From NCBI GenBank assembly GCA_964658025.1, contig CAZZXB010000027.1, forward strand, positions 1 through 25,896: a stretch of DNA of 25,896 nt. Reading direction: 5' to 3'. The number at the start of each line of letters is the position of its first letter. Within the stretch, counting starts at the first letter, position 1. Positions 8,851 through 19,523 of this stretch are shown here, in pieces. The translations under genes and the position numbers were made by a program. The notes under the pieces are model-generated. The model did no database searches. It saw only the letters and a list, made by a program, of their open reading frames with translations, and was not told where the DNA came from. Source of the DNA: an uncultured Janthinobacterium sp. (GTDB lineage: Bacteria; Vulcanimicrobiota; Vulcanimicrobiia; Vulcanimicrobiales; Vulcanimicrobiaceae).

Positions 8851-10458
8851 ATCATAACTCTCCCGGAAATCGACAATCGCTTGCGGGCCCATCTCGAATC
8901 CCTCGGGCTCGCGCAAGCCAAGGCGGTGCACCGCAACCTGTCGGTCGCGTCGCTGTACGAACACGCGCTCCGTAAAGGCGAAGGCGAACTCGGCGCGGCG
9001 GGCCAGATGGTCGTCGAAACGGGCGAGCACACCGGTCGTTCGCCGAAGGACAAGTTCTTCGTGCGCGAGCCCGGGAGCGAGACGCACATCGATTGGGGCG
9101 ATACGAATAAGCCGATCGACGCGACGGTGTTCGGGGCGTTATTCGAACGCGTCGCCGCGTATCTCTCGGAGCGCGAGATCTACTCGCTCGACACCTACGT
9201 CGGTGCCGACGAACGGTACCGTCTCCCCGTGCGCGTCATCACGCAGTACGCGTGGCACTCGCTCTTCGCGCGCAACCTCTTCCTGACGCCCGACGAAGCG
9301 CCGGCCGATTTCGTTCCGGAATTCACCGTCGTCGACGCGGCCGAGTTCGTCGCCGATCCGGCGCGCGACGGAACGCGCAGCGGGACGTTCATCCTGATCG
9401 ACATGGCGCGCAAGATCGTCCTCATCGGCGGCACGCGCTACGCGGGCGAGATCAAGAAGTCCGTCTTCACGCTGATGAATTATCTCATGCCGCTGCGCGA
9501 CGTGCTCCCGATGCACTGCTCGGCGAACGTCGGTCCGGGCGGCGACACCGCCGTCTTCTTCGGGCTTTCGGGGACGGGGAAGACGACGCTCTCGGCCGAC
9601 TCGAAACGACCGCTCGTCGGCGACGACGAACACGGCTGGTCCGCGGACGGCGTCTTCAATTTCGAAGGCGGCTGTTATGCGAAGGTCATCCGTCTCTCGC
9701 AGAAGGCGGAGCCCGAAATCTGGTCGGCGTCGCACCGTTTCGGCGCGGTTCTCGAGAACGTCGTCGTCGACGAAGCGACGCGCGCGCTCGATCTCGAGAG
9801 CGAGGCGAAGACCGAGAACACGCGCTCGGCCTATCCCGTCGAATTCATTCCGAATATCGTGCCGGGGCTCATCGCCGGTCATCCGAAGACGATCGTGATG
9901 CTCACGGCCGACGCCTTCGGCGTCTTACCGCCGATCTCGAAGCTGACGCCCGAACAAGCGATGTACCATTTTCTCTCCGGCTACACGGCGAAGGTCGCGG
10001 GGACCGAACGCGGCGTCACGGAACCGACGGCGACGTTCTCGACGTGCTTCGGCGCGCCGTTCATGGTCCATCATCCGACGGTCTACGCGAAGCTCCTCGG
10101 CGAGCGGATCGCGAAACACGAGGTCACGTGTTGGCTCGTCAATACCGGCTGGACCGGCGGACCCTACGGCGTCGGCAACCGGATGTCGATCGCGCACACG
10201 CGCGCGATGGTGAACGCGGCGCTCGACGGAAGCCTCGGCGGTGCGACGTTCGAGCGCGAGCCGTTCTTCGGTCTCGAGATCCCGACCGCGCTCGGCGACG
10301 TTCCGGCGGACGTCCTCAACCCGCGCAACGCCTGGGCGGATAAGGCCGCCTACGACGCACAAGCGAAAAAACTCGCGGGCCTCTTCTTCGAGAACTTCAA
10401 GAAATTCGAAGCGCACGCGAGCGACGGCGTCCGCGCGATCGCGATTCGGCCCGCGTAA
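8851..10458 (+). CDS. pckA: Phosphoenolpyruvate carboxykinase (ATP)
   Basis: [56 protein letters not shown] motifs. Start uncertain: ATC 8851 after a GGAGGT SD, or TTG 8881. Confidence 0.95.
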   Translation: MITLPEIDNRLRAHLESLGLAQAKAVHRNLSVASLYEHALRKGEGELGAAGQMVVETGEHTGRSPKDKFFVREPGSETHIDWGDTNKPIDATVFGALFERVAAYLSEREIYSLDTYVGADERYRLPVRVITQYAWHSLFARNLFLTPDEAPADFVPEFTVVDAAEFVADPARDGTRSGTFILIDMARKIVLIGGTRYAGEIKKSVFTLMNYLMPLRDVLPMHCSANVGPGGDTAVFFGLSGTGKTTLSADSKRPLVGDDEHGWSADGVFNFEGGCYAKVIRLSQKAEPEIWSASHRFGAVLENVVVDEATRALDLESEAKTENTRSAYPVEFIPNIVPGLIAGHPKTIVMLTADAFGVLPPISKLTPEQAMYHFLSGYTAKVAGTERGVTEPTATFSTCFGAPFMVHHPTVYAKLLGERIAKHEVTCWLVNTGWTGGPYGVGNRMSIAHTRAMVNAALDGSLGGATFEREPFFGLEIPTALGDVPADVLNPRNAWADKAAYDAQAKKLAGLFFENFKKFEAHASDGVRAIAIRPA

Positions 10459-10460
10459 GC

Positions 10461-10496
10461 GACGGCGTCCGCGGCGGGCGCCGCGTGGCCTCCGTC
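10461..10496. terminator. Hairpin between convergent pckA and yjbQ
   Basis: GACGG..CGCGGCG-GG-CGCCGCG..CCGTC inverted repeat fills the 36-bp gap; no U tract. Confidence 0.35.
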
Positions 10497-10908
10497 ATTC
10501 GCCCATCGCTTTCACGACGATCCGCTTGCGACGCCGACCGTCGAACTCGCCGTAATGGACGCGCTCCCAGGGACCGAGATCGAGTTTCCCGTTCGTGATC
10601 GGCACGAGCACTTGATGGCCGAGGACCATGCGCTTGAGATGCGCGTCGGCGTTGTCCTCGCCCGTGCGATGGTGTTCGTACTCGGGCTTGGCGGGCGCGA
10701 GCCCTTCGAGCCACGTCATGATGTCGGACCAGAGTCCCGCCTCGCGATCGTTGACGAAGACGCTCGCCGTGATGTGCATGGCGCTCACGAGAACCATGCC
10801 TTCGCGGATCTTCGCCGCGGCGACGATGCGCTCGACCTCGTCCGTGATATCGCGGATCTCGTAACGGTCGTCGGTTTGGACGTAGAGGTAGTCCGTATGC
10901 GTCTTCAC
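10495..10908 (-). CDS. yjbQ: YjbQ/UPF0047 family protein (secondary thiamine-phosphate synthase)
   Basis: [39 protein letters not shown] motifs; start GTG 10908 or ATG 10938. Confidence 0.9.
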   Translation of the reverse strand: MKTHTDYLYVQTDDRYEIRDITDEVERIVAAAKIREGMVLVSAMHITASVFVNDREAGLWSDIMTWLEGLAPAKPEYEHHRTGEDNADAHLKRMVLGHQVLVPITNGKLDLGPWERVHYGEFDGRRRKRIVVKAMGE

Positions 10909-11027
10909 GACCCGTGCGTTCGCCGTACCGGAAGGCATCTCGTTTCTCACCCGACCTTCACCGCACGCGGCAACGGAGCCCCGCGCGCGCACGTTTTAAC
11001 GGGTGCACGCTTTGTAAGGAGCCGCCC

Positions 11028-11447
11028 GTGTCCGACCGCCGTTCGTTCCTCCTTCCCGCATTCGTCCTCTCGCTCGTCACATCGTCCGCGGGCGCCGCTT
11101 TCGCGCAGAGCAGCCCGCCGCCGGACGCCATGGCCTCACCCTCGGCGATGTCGTCGCCGGCGCCGGGCGCGCGCATCCGGCACAATCGCATGCGCGCGGC
11201 GCTCGCATCGCTCGGACTTTCGGACGATCAAAAGAGTAAGATCAAAGAGATCATGAAGAACTATCGCGCCTCGCGTCGGACCGCGACGCCGATGACGCAC
11301 GAGCAGGTGCTCGAGCAGATCGACGGCGTGCTGACGCCCGACCAACAGACGCAATTCAAAACGGCGATGACGTCCGCGCGGCGGACCCACCCGGCGTTCC
11401 GTCAGGGGCAACCGACGGCGGCGCCAGACGCCTCGCCTTCGCCGTAA
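11028..11447 (+). CDS. Secreted Spy/CpxP-like (LTXXQ motif) protein
   Basis: GTG start with AAGGAG SD; signal peptide ending AFA-Q; LSDDQ and LTPDQ motifs; Pro/Ser-rich termini. Confidence 0.7.
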   Translation: MSDRRSFLLPAFVLSLVTSSAGAAFAQSSPPPDAMASPSAMSSPAPGARIRHNRMRAALASLGLSDDQKSKIKEIMKNYRASRRTATPMTHEQVLEQIDGVLTPDQQTQFKTAMTSARRTHPAFRQGQPTAAPDASPSP

Positions 11448-11521
11448 CCACGCGGTCGGCTCGAGCGCGAGACGCGGACGCGCGTGAAACCTCGCCGCGG
11501 CGCCTCCGTGTCGTAGCGGGC

Positions 11522-12604
11522 GTGCCGAACCTCTTCGATTCCCTGACCGTCCGCGACGTCACGTTTCGCAACCGGATCGCCGTCTCGCCGATGTGCGAAT
11601 ACTCGAGCGAAGACGGTTTCGCGAACGACTGGCACGTCGTCCATCTCGGGAGTCGCGCCGTCGGCGGCGCGGGTCTCGTGCTCACGGAGGCCGCGGCCGT
11701 CGTCGCGGAGGGGCGGATCACGCCGGGCGATCTCGGAATCTACCGCGACGAACATTGCGAGACGCTCGCGCGCATCTGCGCCTTCGTCTCGAGCCAAGGT
11801 GCCGTCCCCGGCATCCAACTCGCGCACGCCGGGCGCAAGGCCAGCACGTCGGCGCCGTGGACGGGCGGCACGTTTCTCGAACCGGGCCGAGGCGGATGGC
11901 AGACGGTCGCCCCGTCCGCATCTCCGTACGCGCCGACCGACGGCGTCCCGCACGCGCTCACCGTCTCCGAGATCGCGGACGTGGTCGGCGCGTTTGCGAC
12001 CGCGGCGAAGCGCGCGGTCGCGGCCGGCTTTCGCGTCATCGAGGTCCACGCCGCCCACGGCTACCTGCTCCACGAATTCTTCTCGCCGCTCGCAAACGAT
12101 CGCACCGACGCCTACGGCGGCTCGTTCGAGAATCGCACGCGCATCGCGCGCGAGGTCGCCGTCGCGGTCCGCGCGGCGATCGGCCCGAGCCTCCCGCTCT
12201 TCTTCCGCATCTCCGCGACCGATTGGGCCGACGGCGGCTGGACCGTCGACGAGTCGGTCGCGCTCGCGCGCGATCTCGCGAAGCTCGGCGTCGATCTCGT
12301 CGACGTCTCGTCGGGCGGTCTCACGTCCGCGCAGAAGATCGAACTCTCGCCCGGCTATCAGGTTCCGTTCGCGGAGCGAATCCGCGCCGAAGCGCACGTC
12401 GCGGTCGGGGCGGTCGGGCTCATCACCGAAGCGACGCAGGCGGACGAGATCGTCCGCGCGGGACGCGCCGATCTCGTCTTACTCGCACGCGAACTCCTGC
12501 GCGATCCGTACTGGCCGCTCCGCGCCGCGACCGAGCTCGGCGTCGACGTCGCGTGGCCGGACCAATACCTTCGCGCGAAACCGCGACCGGCGCACGCGAC
12601 GTAA
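11522..12604 (+). CDS. namA: NADH:flavin oxidoreductase, YqjM/NamA-type old yellow enzyme
   Basis: SPMCEYS (Cys/Tyr of the YqjM subclass), IQLAHAGRKAS, HAAHGYLLHEF, YGGSFENR, C-terminal WPDQYLRA. Confidence 0.9.
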   Translation: MPNLFDSLTVRDVTFRNRIAVSPMCEYSSEDGFANDWHVVHLGSRAVGGAGLVLTEAAAVVAEGRITPGDLGIYRDEHCETLARICAFVSSQGAVPGIQLAHAGRKASTSAPWTGGTFLEPGRGGWQTVAPSASPYAPTDGVPHALTVSEIADVVGAFATAAKRAVAAGFRVIEVHAAHGYLLHEFFSPLANDRTDAYGGSFENRTRIAREVAVAVRAAIGPSLPLFFRISATDWADGGWTVDESVALARDLAKLGVDLVDVSSGGLTSAQKIELSPGYQVPFAERIRAEAHVAVGAVGLITEATQADEIVRAGRADLVLLARELLRDPYWPLRAATELGVDVAWPDQYLRAKPRPAHAT

Positions 12605-12712
12605 CGTCACGCCGACGCCGAACCGGTCGGGCGCTCGTAGCCGACGCGCGCACCCGTTCGCGCGGGGTCGTCATCGGCGCGACCGCGGGCGAAGCGTCGC
12701 GCCGAGGCATCG

Positions 12713-14131
12713 TCAGCGTACCATCGTCGCCGCCGTGATCCCGCGTCGCAGCGCGACCGTTAGCGTGTCGGCGACGAGGACGAGCGCGATCGCCACGAGC
12801 ACGTACGCGGCGAGTTCGCGGTCGTGAAAGAGTTGCTGCGCGTTGAAGATCGCCTGACCGAGACCGCCCGCACCGACGATCCCGAGCGTCGTCGACGCGC
12901 GGACGTTCCACTCCACGCGGTAGAGCAGGTGGGCGAGTAACGCCGACGCGGCGGGCGGAACGATCGCGGTGAGGACGGTCGCGGACGCGGTGCTCCCGCT
13001 CGCGACGAGCGCTTCCGCCGCGGCCGTCTCCGCGAGTTCCAAACTCTCGGCGAAGAGTTTCGCGAGCACGCCCGCCGTGTGGATCGCGAGCGCGACGGCG
13101 CCCGCTTTCGGCCCGAGACCGACCCACGCGAGCGCGAGGAGCGCGAGCGCGACGGGCGGCGTCGCGCGGGCGATCGCCGAAACGATCGTCGCGAGCGCTT
13201 CGAGGGGAAGCGACCACGGACGATACCCCGTCCCGCGCATCCAACCCGACGCGACGAGCCGCGAGAGCGCGAATCCGAGCGGGATCGCCGCGATCGCGCC
13301 GACGATCGTCCCCGCGAACGCGACGAACACCGTCTCGACGACGCCGCGAAGCGCCGTCGCCCGCACGACGGGCGTGAACGCGGGCGGAAACGCGCGCGCG
13401 AGATAGTGCCCCAGATGCTCGGGCGCGGTACGAAAGGCGGACCACGGCGTGTCGGTCGCGGCGAACGCGGCGATCCCCACGAGCGTGACGAGACCGAGAA
13501 GCGCGAACGCGAGCCACACCGGCGCCCGAAGACGGAGTACCTCGCTCGCGCGATCCACGGCGAGCACGAGCGCGACGAGCACGACGACGTAGAGATAGAA
13601 CGACGGATAATCCGCCACGTTGAGCGTCGACATGAGCGCCGATCCGATGCCGCCCGCACCGACGACGCCGACGACGACCGATGCGCGAACCGTGCTTTCG
13701 AACGCGTACGCCGCGAAGCCGACGAGACCGGGCCACGCCGCGGGAACGAGACCGACGAGAAAGCTCGTCGCGCGGGTCGCGCCCGTCGCGCGAAGCGCCT
13801 CTTCGGGATCGCGACGGACCGATTCCAATAATTCCGCGTAGAGTCGCGCGACCGTCGCGGCTCCCGAGAGACCGAGCGCGAGCGTCCCCGGGACCGCGCC
13901 GAATCCGAGCGCGACCACGAAGACGATCGCGAGCACGAGCTCCGGGATCGCGCGGACCAACGCCGCCGCGCCGCGCACGAGACGCCCGACGACGCCGCCG
14001 CGCGCGATCGCGAGCGCCGCGGGTGCGCCGAACGCGAGCGAGAGCGGAAGCGCGCCGCACGCGATCGCGATCGTCTCGAGCAACGGCACGCGCACGTACG
14101 CGGCCGTCGCCGCGAGATCTAGAGCACCCAC
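12713..14131 (-). CDS. PhnE/PtxC-family ABC permease with two fused permease domains
   Basis: GTG start overlapping the ATPase 3' end; two repeats of RA(I/T)P...LYAE/LFAE...EAL...E(S/W)(T/N)VRAS..G(V/I)VGAGG(I/L)G. Confidence 0.88.
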   Translation of the reverse strand: MGALDLAATAAYVRVPLLETIAIACGALPLSLAFGAPAALAIARGGVVGRLVRGAAALVRAIPELVLAIVFVVALGFGAVPGTLALGLSGAATVARLYAELLESVRRDPEEALRATGATRATSFLVGLVPAAWPGLVGFAAYAFESTVRASVVVGVVGAGGIGSALMSTLNVADYPSFYLYVVVLVALVLAVDRASEVLRLRAPVWLAFALLGLVTLVGIAAFAATDTPWSAFRTAPEHLGHYLARAFPPAFTPVVRATALRGVVETVFVAFAGTIVGAIAAIPLGFALSRLVASGWMRGTGYRPWSLPLEALATIVSAIARATPPVALALLALAWVGLGPKAGAVALAIHTAGVLAKLFAESLELAETAAAEALVASGSTASATVLTAIVPPAASALLAHLLYRVEWNVRASTTLGIVGAGGLGQAIFNAQQLFHDRELAAYVLVAIALVLVADTLTVALRRGITAATMVR

Positions 14132-14820
14132 GCGTCGGAGGTTTCCTCCACCCGACCGTCCGCGACGCGCAGGATCCGATCGAAACGCTCCGCGAGTTGC
14201 GGTTGGTGGAGCGCGCACACGAGCGCGGCGCCGCGCGCGCGCGCGTCGGCGAGTAACGCGTCGACGATCGTGCTCCCGAGCGCCGGATCGAGCGACGCGG
14301 CCGGTTCGTCCGCGAGGACGAGTTCGGCGCGTTGCACGATCGCGCGCGCGATCGCGATCCGCTGCCGCTCGCCGCCCGAGAGATCGGAGGTCCGTGCGTC
14401 GAGACGGGACGCGAGCCCGACGCGTTCGAGCGCGTCGAGGACGAGCGGACGATCGAGCGCGGAGAGCCGCGCGACGGCGCGTAGCGACGCGACCGTCCCA
14501 CGCCGCCCGAAGGTTCCGGCGACGACGTTCTGCCAGACGCGCAAGCGCTCGACGAGTCCGTGCGCCTGGAAGACGACCGCGATCCGCGCGCGGGCGGCGC
14601 GGAGCGCCGGACCTCGCAGGACCGCGAGATCCTCGCCCGCGAGCATCACGCGACCCGCCGTCGGTGCGAACGCGGCGTAGGCGAGCCGGAACGCGGTCGT
14701 CTTTCCCGCGCCGCTCGGGCCGACGATCGCGACGCGTTCGCCGCGCTCGATCGCGAACGACACGTCGCGCAAGATCGAGCGCGCGCCGTACGCGAGCGAC
14801 ACGTGCTCGAACCGCAGCAT
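14119..14820 (-). CDS. PhnC/PtxA-family ABC transporter ATP-binding protein
   Basis: GPSGAGKT, VVFQ (Q-loop), LSGGERQR, LVLADEP.ASLDP, LHQ. Confidence 0.9.
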   Translation of the reverse strand: MLRFEHVSLAYGARSILRDVSFAIERGERVAIVGPSGAGKTTAFRLAYAAFAPTAGRVMLAGEDLAVLRGPALRAARARIAVVFQAHGLVERLRVWQNVVAGTFGRRGTVASLRAVARLSALDRPLVLDALERVGLASRLDARTSDLSGGERQRIAIARAIVQRAELVLADEPAASLDPALGSTIVDALLADARARGAALVCALHQPQLAERFDRILRVADGRVEETSDAWVL

Positions 14821-14830
14821 CGCGGTATCG

Positions 14831-15583
14831 TTATTCGGTGGCGCGATGGACGGCGAGCGGACCGAACGCCTGCGTGACGGGCATGAGCTGGACGGAATTG
14901 ATGTTGACGTGCGCGGGCCGGGACGCGACCCACGCGATCGTCTCCGCGACGTCGTCCGCCGTGAGCGCCGTCGTGTTCGCGTAGACCGCATCCGCTTTCG
15001 CGGTATCGCCGCGGAAGCGGACGCTCGAGAACTCGGTACCGCCGCACATGCCGGGCTCGATGTCGGTCACGCGGATCGGCGTGCCCAAGAGATCGGCGCG
15101 CAGGTTCAGCGAGAACTGATAGACGAACGCCTTCGTCGCGCCGTAGACGTTCCCGCCGGGATAGGGGAACTGTCCCGCGACCGATCCGAGATTGACGATG
15201 TGGCCGCGCCCGCGGGCGATCATCCCCGTCAGGAGCGCGCGCGTGACGTAGGTCAGTCCCTTGACGTTCGTGTCGATCATGTCGTCCCAATCGTCGAGCT
15301 CCGCGTCCTGCGCGGGTTCGAGCCCCTTCGCGAGTCCGGCGTTATTGACGAGCAGATCGACGGCCGCGAAATCGTTCGGGAGCGAAGCGACGGCGGCGAA
15401 GACCGCCGCGCGATCGCGCACGTCGAGCTCGACCGTATGGACGCGCTCGCCGAGCTCGTCGCGCAGCGCCCGGAGCCGATCCGCGCGCCGACCCGTCGCG
15501 ACGACGCGGGCACCGTCGCGAAGGAGCCGTCGCGTCGTCGCGTCGCCGAATCCCGCAGTCGCACCCGTGACGAAGGCGATCAC
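14831..15583 (-). CDS. Classical short-chain dehydrogenase, YdfG-like (NADP-dependent 3-hydroxy acid/serine dehydrogenase clade)
   Basis: GTG start overlaps the upstream stop (GTGA); TGATAGFG, GRR, NNAGLAKG, GSVAG, YGATK, IEPG, TEFSSVRF. Confidence 0.9.
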   Translation of the reverse strand: MIAFVTGATAGFGDATTRRLLRDGARVVATGRRADRLRALRDELGERVHTVELDVRDRAAVFAAVASLPNDFAAVDLLVNNAGLAKGLEPAQDAELDDWDDMIDTNVKGLTYVTRALLTGMIARGRGHIVNLGSVAGQFPYPGGNVYGATKAFVYQFSLNLRADLLGTPIRVTDIEPGMCGGTEFSSVRFRGDTAKADAVYANTTALTADDVAETIAWVASRPAHVNINSVQLMPVTQAFGPLAVHRATE

Positions 15584-16425
15584 AGGAGACCGAGCCGTTT
15601 CGCGATCGCGCGCAGGTCGTCGTATTCCCGATCGTCGGCGACGACGTATTTCGTCGCACGGAGCATCGCGAGTAGTTTCGGATCGGAGGCGTGCAAGAAG
15701 CCGTCGCGCACGGCGCCGACCGTTTTCGCGTCGAGATCCTTCGAGACGGCCCACACGTAATCGACGAACGGTTCGCTCGTGTGGAAGACGCGCGCTTTCG
15801 CCGCGTCGATCGTCTTGTCGTCGACCATCTTGCGATAGACGCTCTCGTCGACCGCGCCCGCATCGACGCCACCCGACGCGACCGCGAGAACGGTCGCCGT
15901 GTGGTTGCCCGTGAATCGCGCGTGGAGCGCCGTATCGGGATCGACGCCCGCCGCGACGAGTTCCTTCGCCGGAATGAGATGACCCGAGGTCGAGTTGACG
16001 TCGCCGAACGCGAAGTTCTTGTCCTTGAGATCGCCGAGCGCCCGGATCGACGGCGCGTTCGCGCTCGCGATGAAGAGCGTGTGGAAGCGCCGATCCTCGA
16101 CGCGTTGGACGACCGGGCGCGCGCCGTAACGCGCGTTCGCCTTGAGGTAGGTCAGACCGCCGAAATGGGCGAGATCGACCCCGCCGTTTCCGAGCGCCTC
16201 GACCGTCGCCGCGTAGTTCGTCGGGATGATCACGCGGACGCTACGGCCCGTGGCCTTCTGCAGCATGTCGACGAGCGGCTGTTTCTGCGCGTACGAGTCG
16301 GCCGTCGTCGCGACTTCCGGGACGACGGCGACGCGCAATTCGTCCGCGGCCCGCGCGCGCGGGGCGACGAGGACCGCGGCGGTAGCGGCGGCGGACGAGA
16401 GGAAACGGGCTCGGGTCGCGTGCAC
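15580..16425 (-). CDS. PhnD/PtxB-family phosphonate/phosphite/oxyanion ABC substrate-binding protein
   Basis: GTG start with GAAGGAG SD; Tat-like signal TRARFLSSAAA...ARA; YAATVEAL, FGGLTY, FGDVNSTSGHLIP, FTGNH, DAGAVDE. Confidence 0.88.
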   Translation of the reverse strand: MHATRARFLSSAAATAAVLVAPRARAADELRVAVVPEVATTADSYAQKQPLVDMLQKATGRSVRVIIPTNYAATVEALGNGGVDLAHFGGLTYLKANARYGARPVVQRVEDRRFHTLFIASANAPSIRALGDLKDKNFAFGDVNSTSGHLIPAKELVAAGVDPDTALHARFTGNHTATVLAVASGGVDAGAVDESVYRKMVDDKTIDAAKARVFHTSEPFVDYVWAVSKDLDAKTVGAVRDGFLHASDPKLLAMLRATKYVVADDREYDDLRAIAKRLGLL

Positions 16426-16533
16426 GGGCACTCCTTCGGTTTGCGGATACGCTCGACAAGAACGCCGTGCCGCGAACGACGGTTTCGCGCCGTCCGGCAA
16501 GACGCGGCGGATCGTCCGAGCAACCCTAACGCG

Positions 16534-17103
16534 ATGCCGCGCCTCCGCGACGAAGCGCTCCGCGACGAGCTCCTCCTCGAAATCGTCGACTACGTGCTCG
16601 CGCACGGTCTCGCCGATCTCTCGCTCCGTCCGCTCGCCGCCGAGATCGGCGCGAGTCCGCGCACCATGCTCTATCACTTCGGCTCCAAAGAAGAACTCGT
16701 CCGTGCCGTGTTCGGCGAGGCGACGCGCCGGCAAGCGGAGTTACTCGAGACGTGGTACGCCCGCAGCGCCGAATACGACGGCCGCACGCTCTTGATCGGC
16801 GCGTGGCAATGGCTCACGGCACCGCGACACGATCGCCTCTTGCGGCTGCTCTTCGAAACGCAAGGGCTCGCGCTCCAAGATCGCAAGCGCCACGGCGCGT
16901 TCTTGCGCGCGTCGTCGGCGCTGTGGACGAGCCCGTTCGTCCGAACCTTCGAGCGTCAGGGACTCGGCCGCGAACGCGCCGTCGCGCTCGCGACGCTGCT
17001 CGTCGCCGTCGTGCGCGGACTGCTCCTCGACTTGCTCGCGACGGGCGAACGCGCGCGCGTCGATCGCGCGTTTCGCTCGTTCGTCGCGGCGATCGAGTTT
17101 TAG
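16534..17103 (+). CDS. TetR/AcrR family transcriptional regulator
   Basis: N-terminal HTH HGLADLSLRPLAAEIGASPRTMLYHFGSKEEL; divergent from the ABC operon. Confidence 0.9.
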   Translation: MPRLRDEALRDELLLEIVDYVLAHGLADLSLRPLAAEIGASPRTMLYHFGSKEELVRAVFGEATRRQAELLETWYARSAEYDGRTLLIGAWQWLTAPRHDRLLRLLFETQGLALQDRKRHGAFLRASSALWTSPFVRTFERQGLGRERAVALATLLVAVVRGLLLDLLATGERARVDRAFRSFVAAIEF

Positions 17104-17161
17104 CGAAACGCGCCCGCGCGATCGCGCGCGCGTCGGCGAGCGCGAGCTCCGGCGGCGTCGG

Positions 17162-17587
17162 TTAGCGCTTGAGGACGCGCTCGAGCTTGTCGAAGAGCGC
17201 CTCGAGCGTCCGCTCGTTCGTATCTTCGAGGCGACGCCAGAAGAGGCGACCTTCGGTATCGGAGAGCGTCGCCTCGATCCGATGCGTCACGCGCGTCTTC
17301 TTCTCGTTCTGCTCGAGATAGAAGCCGTGCGTCCCGTCGAATCCCTCGTTACGAAACCGCCAGACGATGCGTTCCTCGGGGACCACCTCGTCGAGCACGG
17401 CGTGCACGCCGTGATGCCACTCTTCGGTCTTGCCCGGTTCGAGCGGGCCGGCGCTACGCAAGAACGGTTGCGCGGCGTACGGCCAGATCGCGTCCGCGGA
17501 CGTCCCCATCTCCGTCAGCAATTGATAGATCCGTCGACGCGTGCCACCGACGTTTCGGTGATGTTCGACCTTGAGCGGGATCGGCAT
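17162..17587 (-). CDS. SRPBCC/START-like domain protein
   Basis: 141 aa with [11 protein letters not shown], alternating beta strands ([16 protein letters not shown]) and a C-terminal helix (LFDKLERVL). Confidence 0.65.
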   Translation of the reverse strand: MPIPLKVEHHRNVGGTRRRIYQLLTEMGTSADAIWPYAAQPFLRSAGPLEPGKTEEWHHGVHAVLDEVVPEERIVWRFRNEGFDGTHGFYLEQNEKKTRVTHRIEATLSDTEGRLFWRRLEDTNERTLEALFDKLERVLKR

Positions 17588-17714
17588 ACCGTTCGTTTTG
17601 TCGGAGCGATTCGAATCTCATCCGCCGAGCCACGATTATCGCACGCGACGGATCGCGACGGCGCGCGGTCCCCGTACGCGCGGCGCCCCGCACACCGTCG
17701 CGAACGGACGCACG

Positions 17715-17748
17715 AAAAAAAATCGCGCGCCGTGCGGCACGCGATTTT
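17715..17748 (-). terminator. Intrinsic terminator of the str-rpsJ operon
   Basis: Minus strand AAAATCGCGTGCC-GCAC-GGCGCGCGATTTTTTTT: hairpin plus 8 U, about 45 nt after the rpsJ stop. Confidence 0.85.
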
Positions 17749-17791
17749 CGGGACGCCCTCCGAACTCGAACGCTTCGCGCGCGGCGACGGC

Positions 17792-18099
17792 CTACGCTTT
17801 GAGTTCGATGTCGACGCCCGCCGGAAGATCGAGGTGCATGAGCGCGTCCATCGTTTTCGGCGACGCCTGGAGGATGTCGATCAAGCGCTTGTGCGTGCGC
17901 ATCTCGAAATGCTCGCGCGACTTCTTATCGACGTGGGGCGAACGATTGACGCAGAAGCGGTTGATCTCCGTCGGGAGCGGTACGGGACCGCTCACGAACG
18001 CACCCGTGCGTTTCGCGGTATCGACGATCCGCTCGGCGGACTGATCGAGCACCTTGTGATCGTACGCCTTGAGGCGGATGCGAATCTTCTGCTTGGCCA

Positions 18100-18100
<1 letters not shown>
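17792..18100 (-). CDS. rpsJ: 30S ribosomal protein S10
   Basis: [38 protein letters not shown]. Confidence 0.99.
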
Positions 18101-19323
<1,223 letters not shown>

Positions 19324-19350
19324 GTTTTGCTTGATGCTTTCTATTAAGAT

Positions 19351-19516
19351 CGGGGCGGTGACACCCCCCGATGGCCCCCTTCGCCGCGCTCGCGGCTCAT
19401 CTCCATGAGAGGCTCATCCCCATGAGAGCGGACCAGGGTGGGATTTTTTCGTGTGCGGTGTGCTTAGCGGCGGGGCGGTGACACCCCCCGATGGCCCTCT
19501 TCGCCGCGCTCGCGGC
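19351..19516. repeat. Two 46-bp direct repeats (19351-19396, 19471-19516) with an intervening 17-bp tandem repeat (19394-19427)
   Basis: CGGGGCGGTGACACCCCCCGATGGCCC(C/T)CTTCGCCGCGCTCGCGGC twice, one mismatch, 120-bp period; GGCTCATC(T/C)CCATGAGA twice in tandem. Confidence 0.93.
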
Positions 19517-19523
19517 CCGAGGG

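Noticed and set aside
12713..16425. Calling the ABC operon a phn (C-P lyase) or ptx phosphite-oxidation cluster
   Set aside because: No phnGHIJKLM or ptxD-type dehydrogenase in the window; substrate cannot be assigned, so no gene symbols given.
19351..19516. Possible mini-CRISPR array
   Set aside because: Only two units, a 74-bp spacer that is itself repetitive, no cas genes, and it sits inside the str operon.
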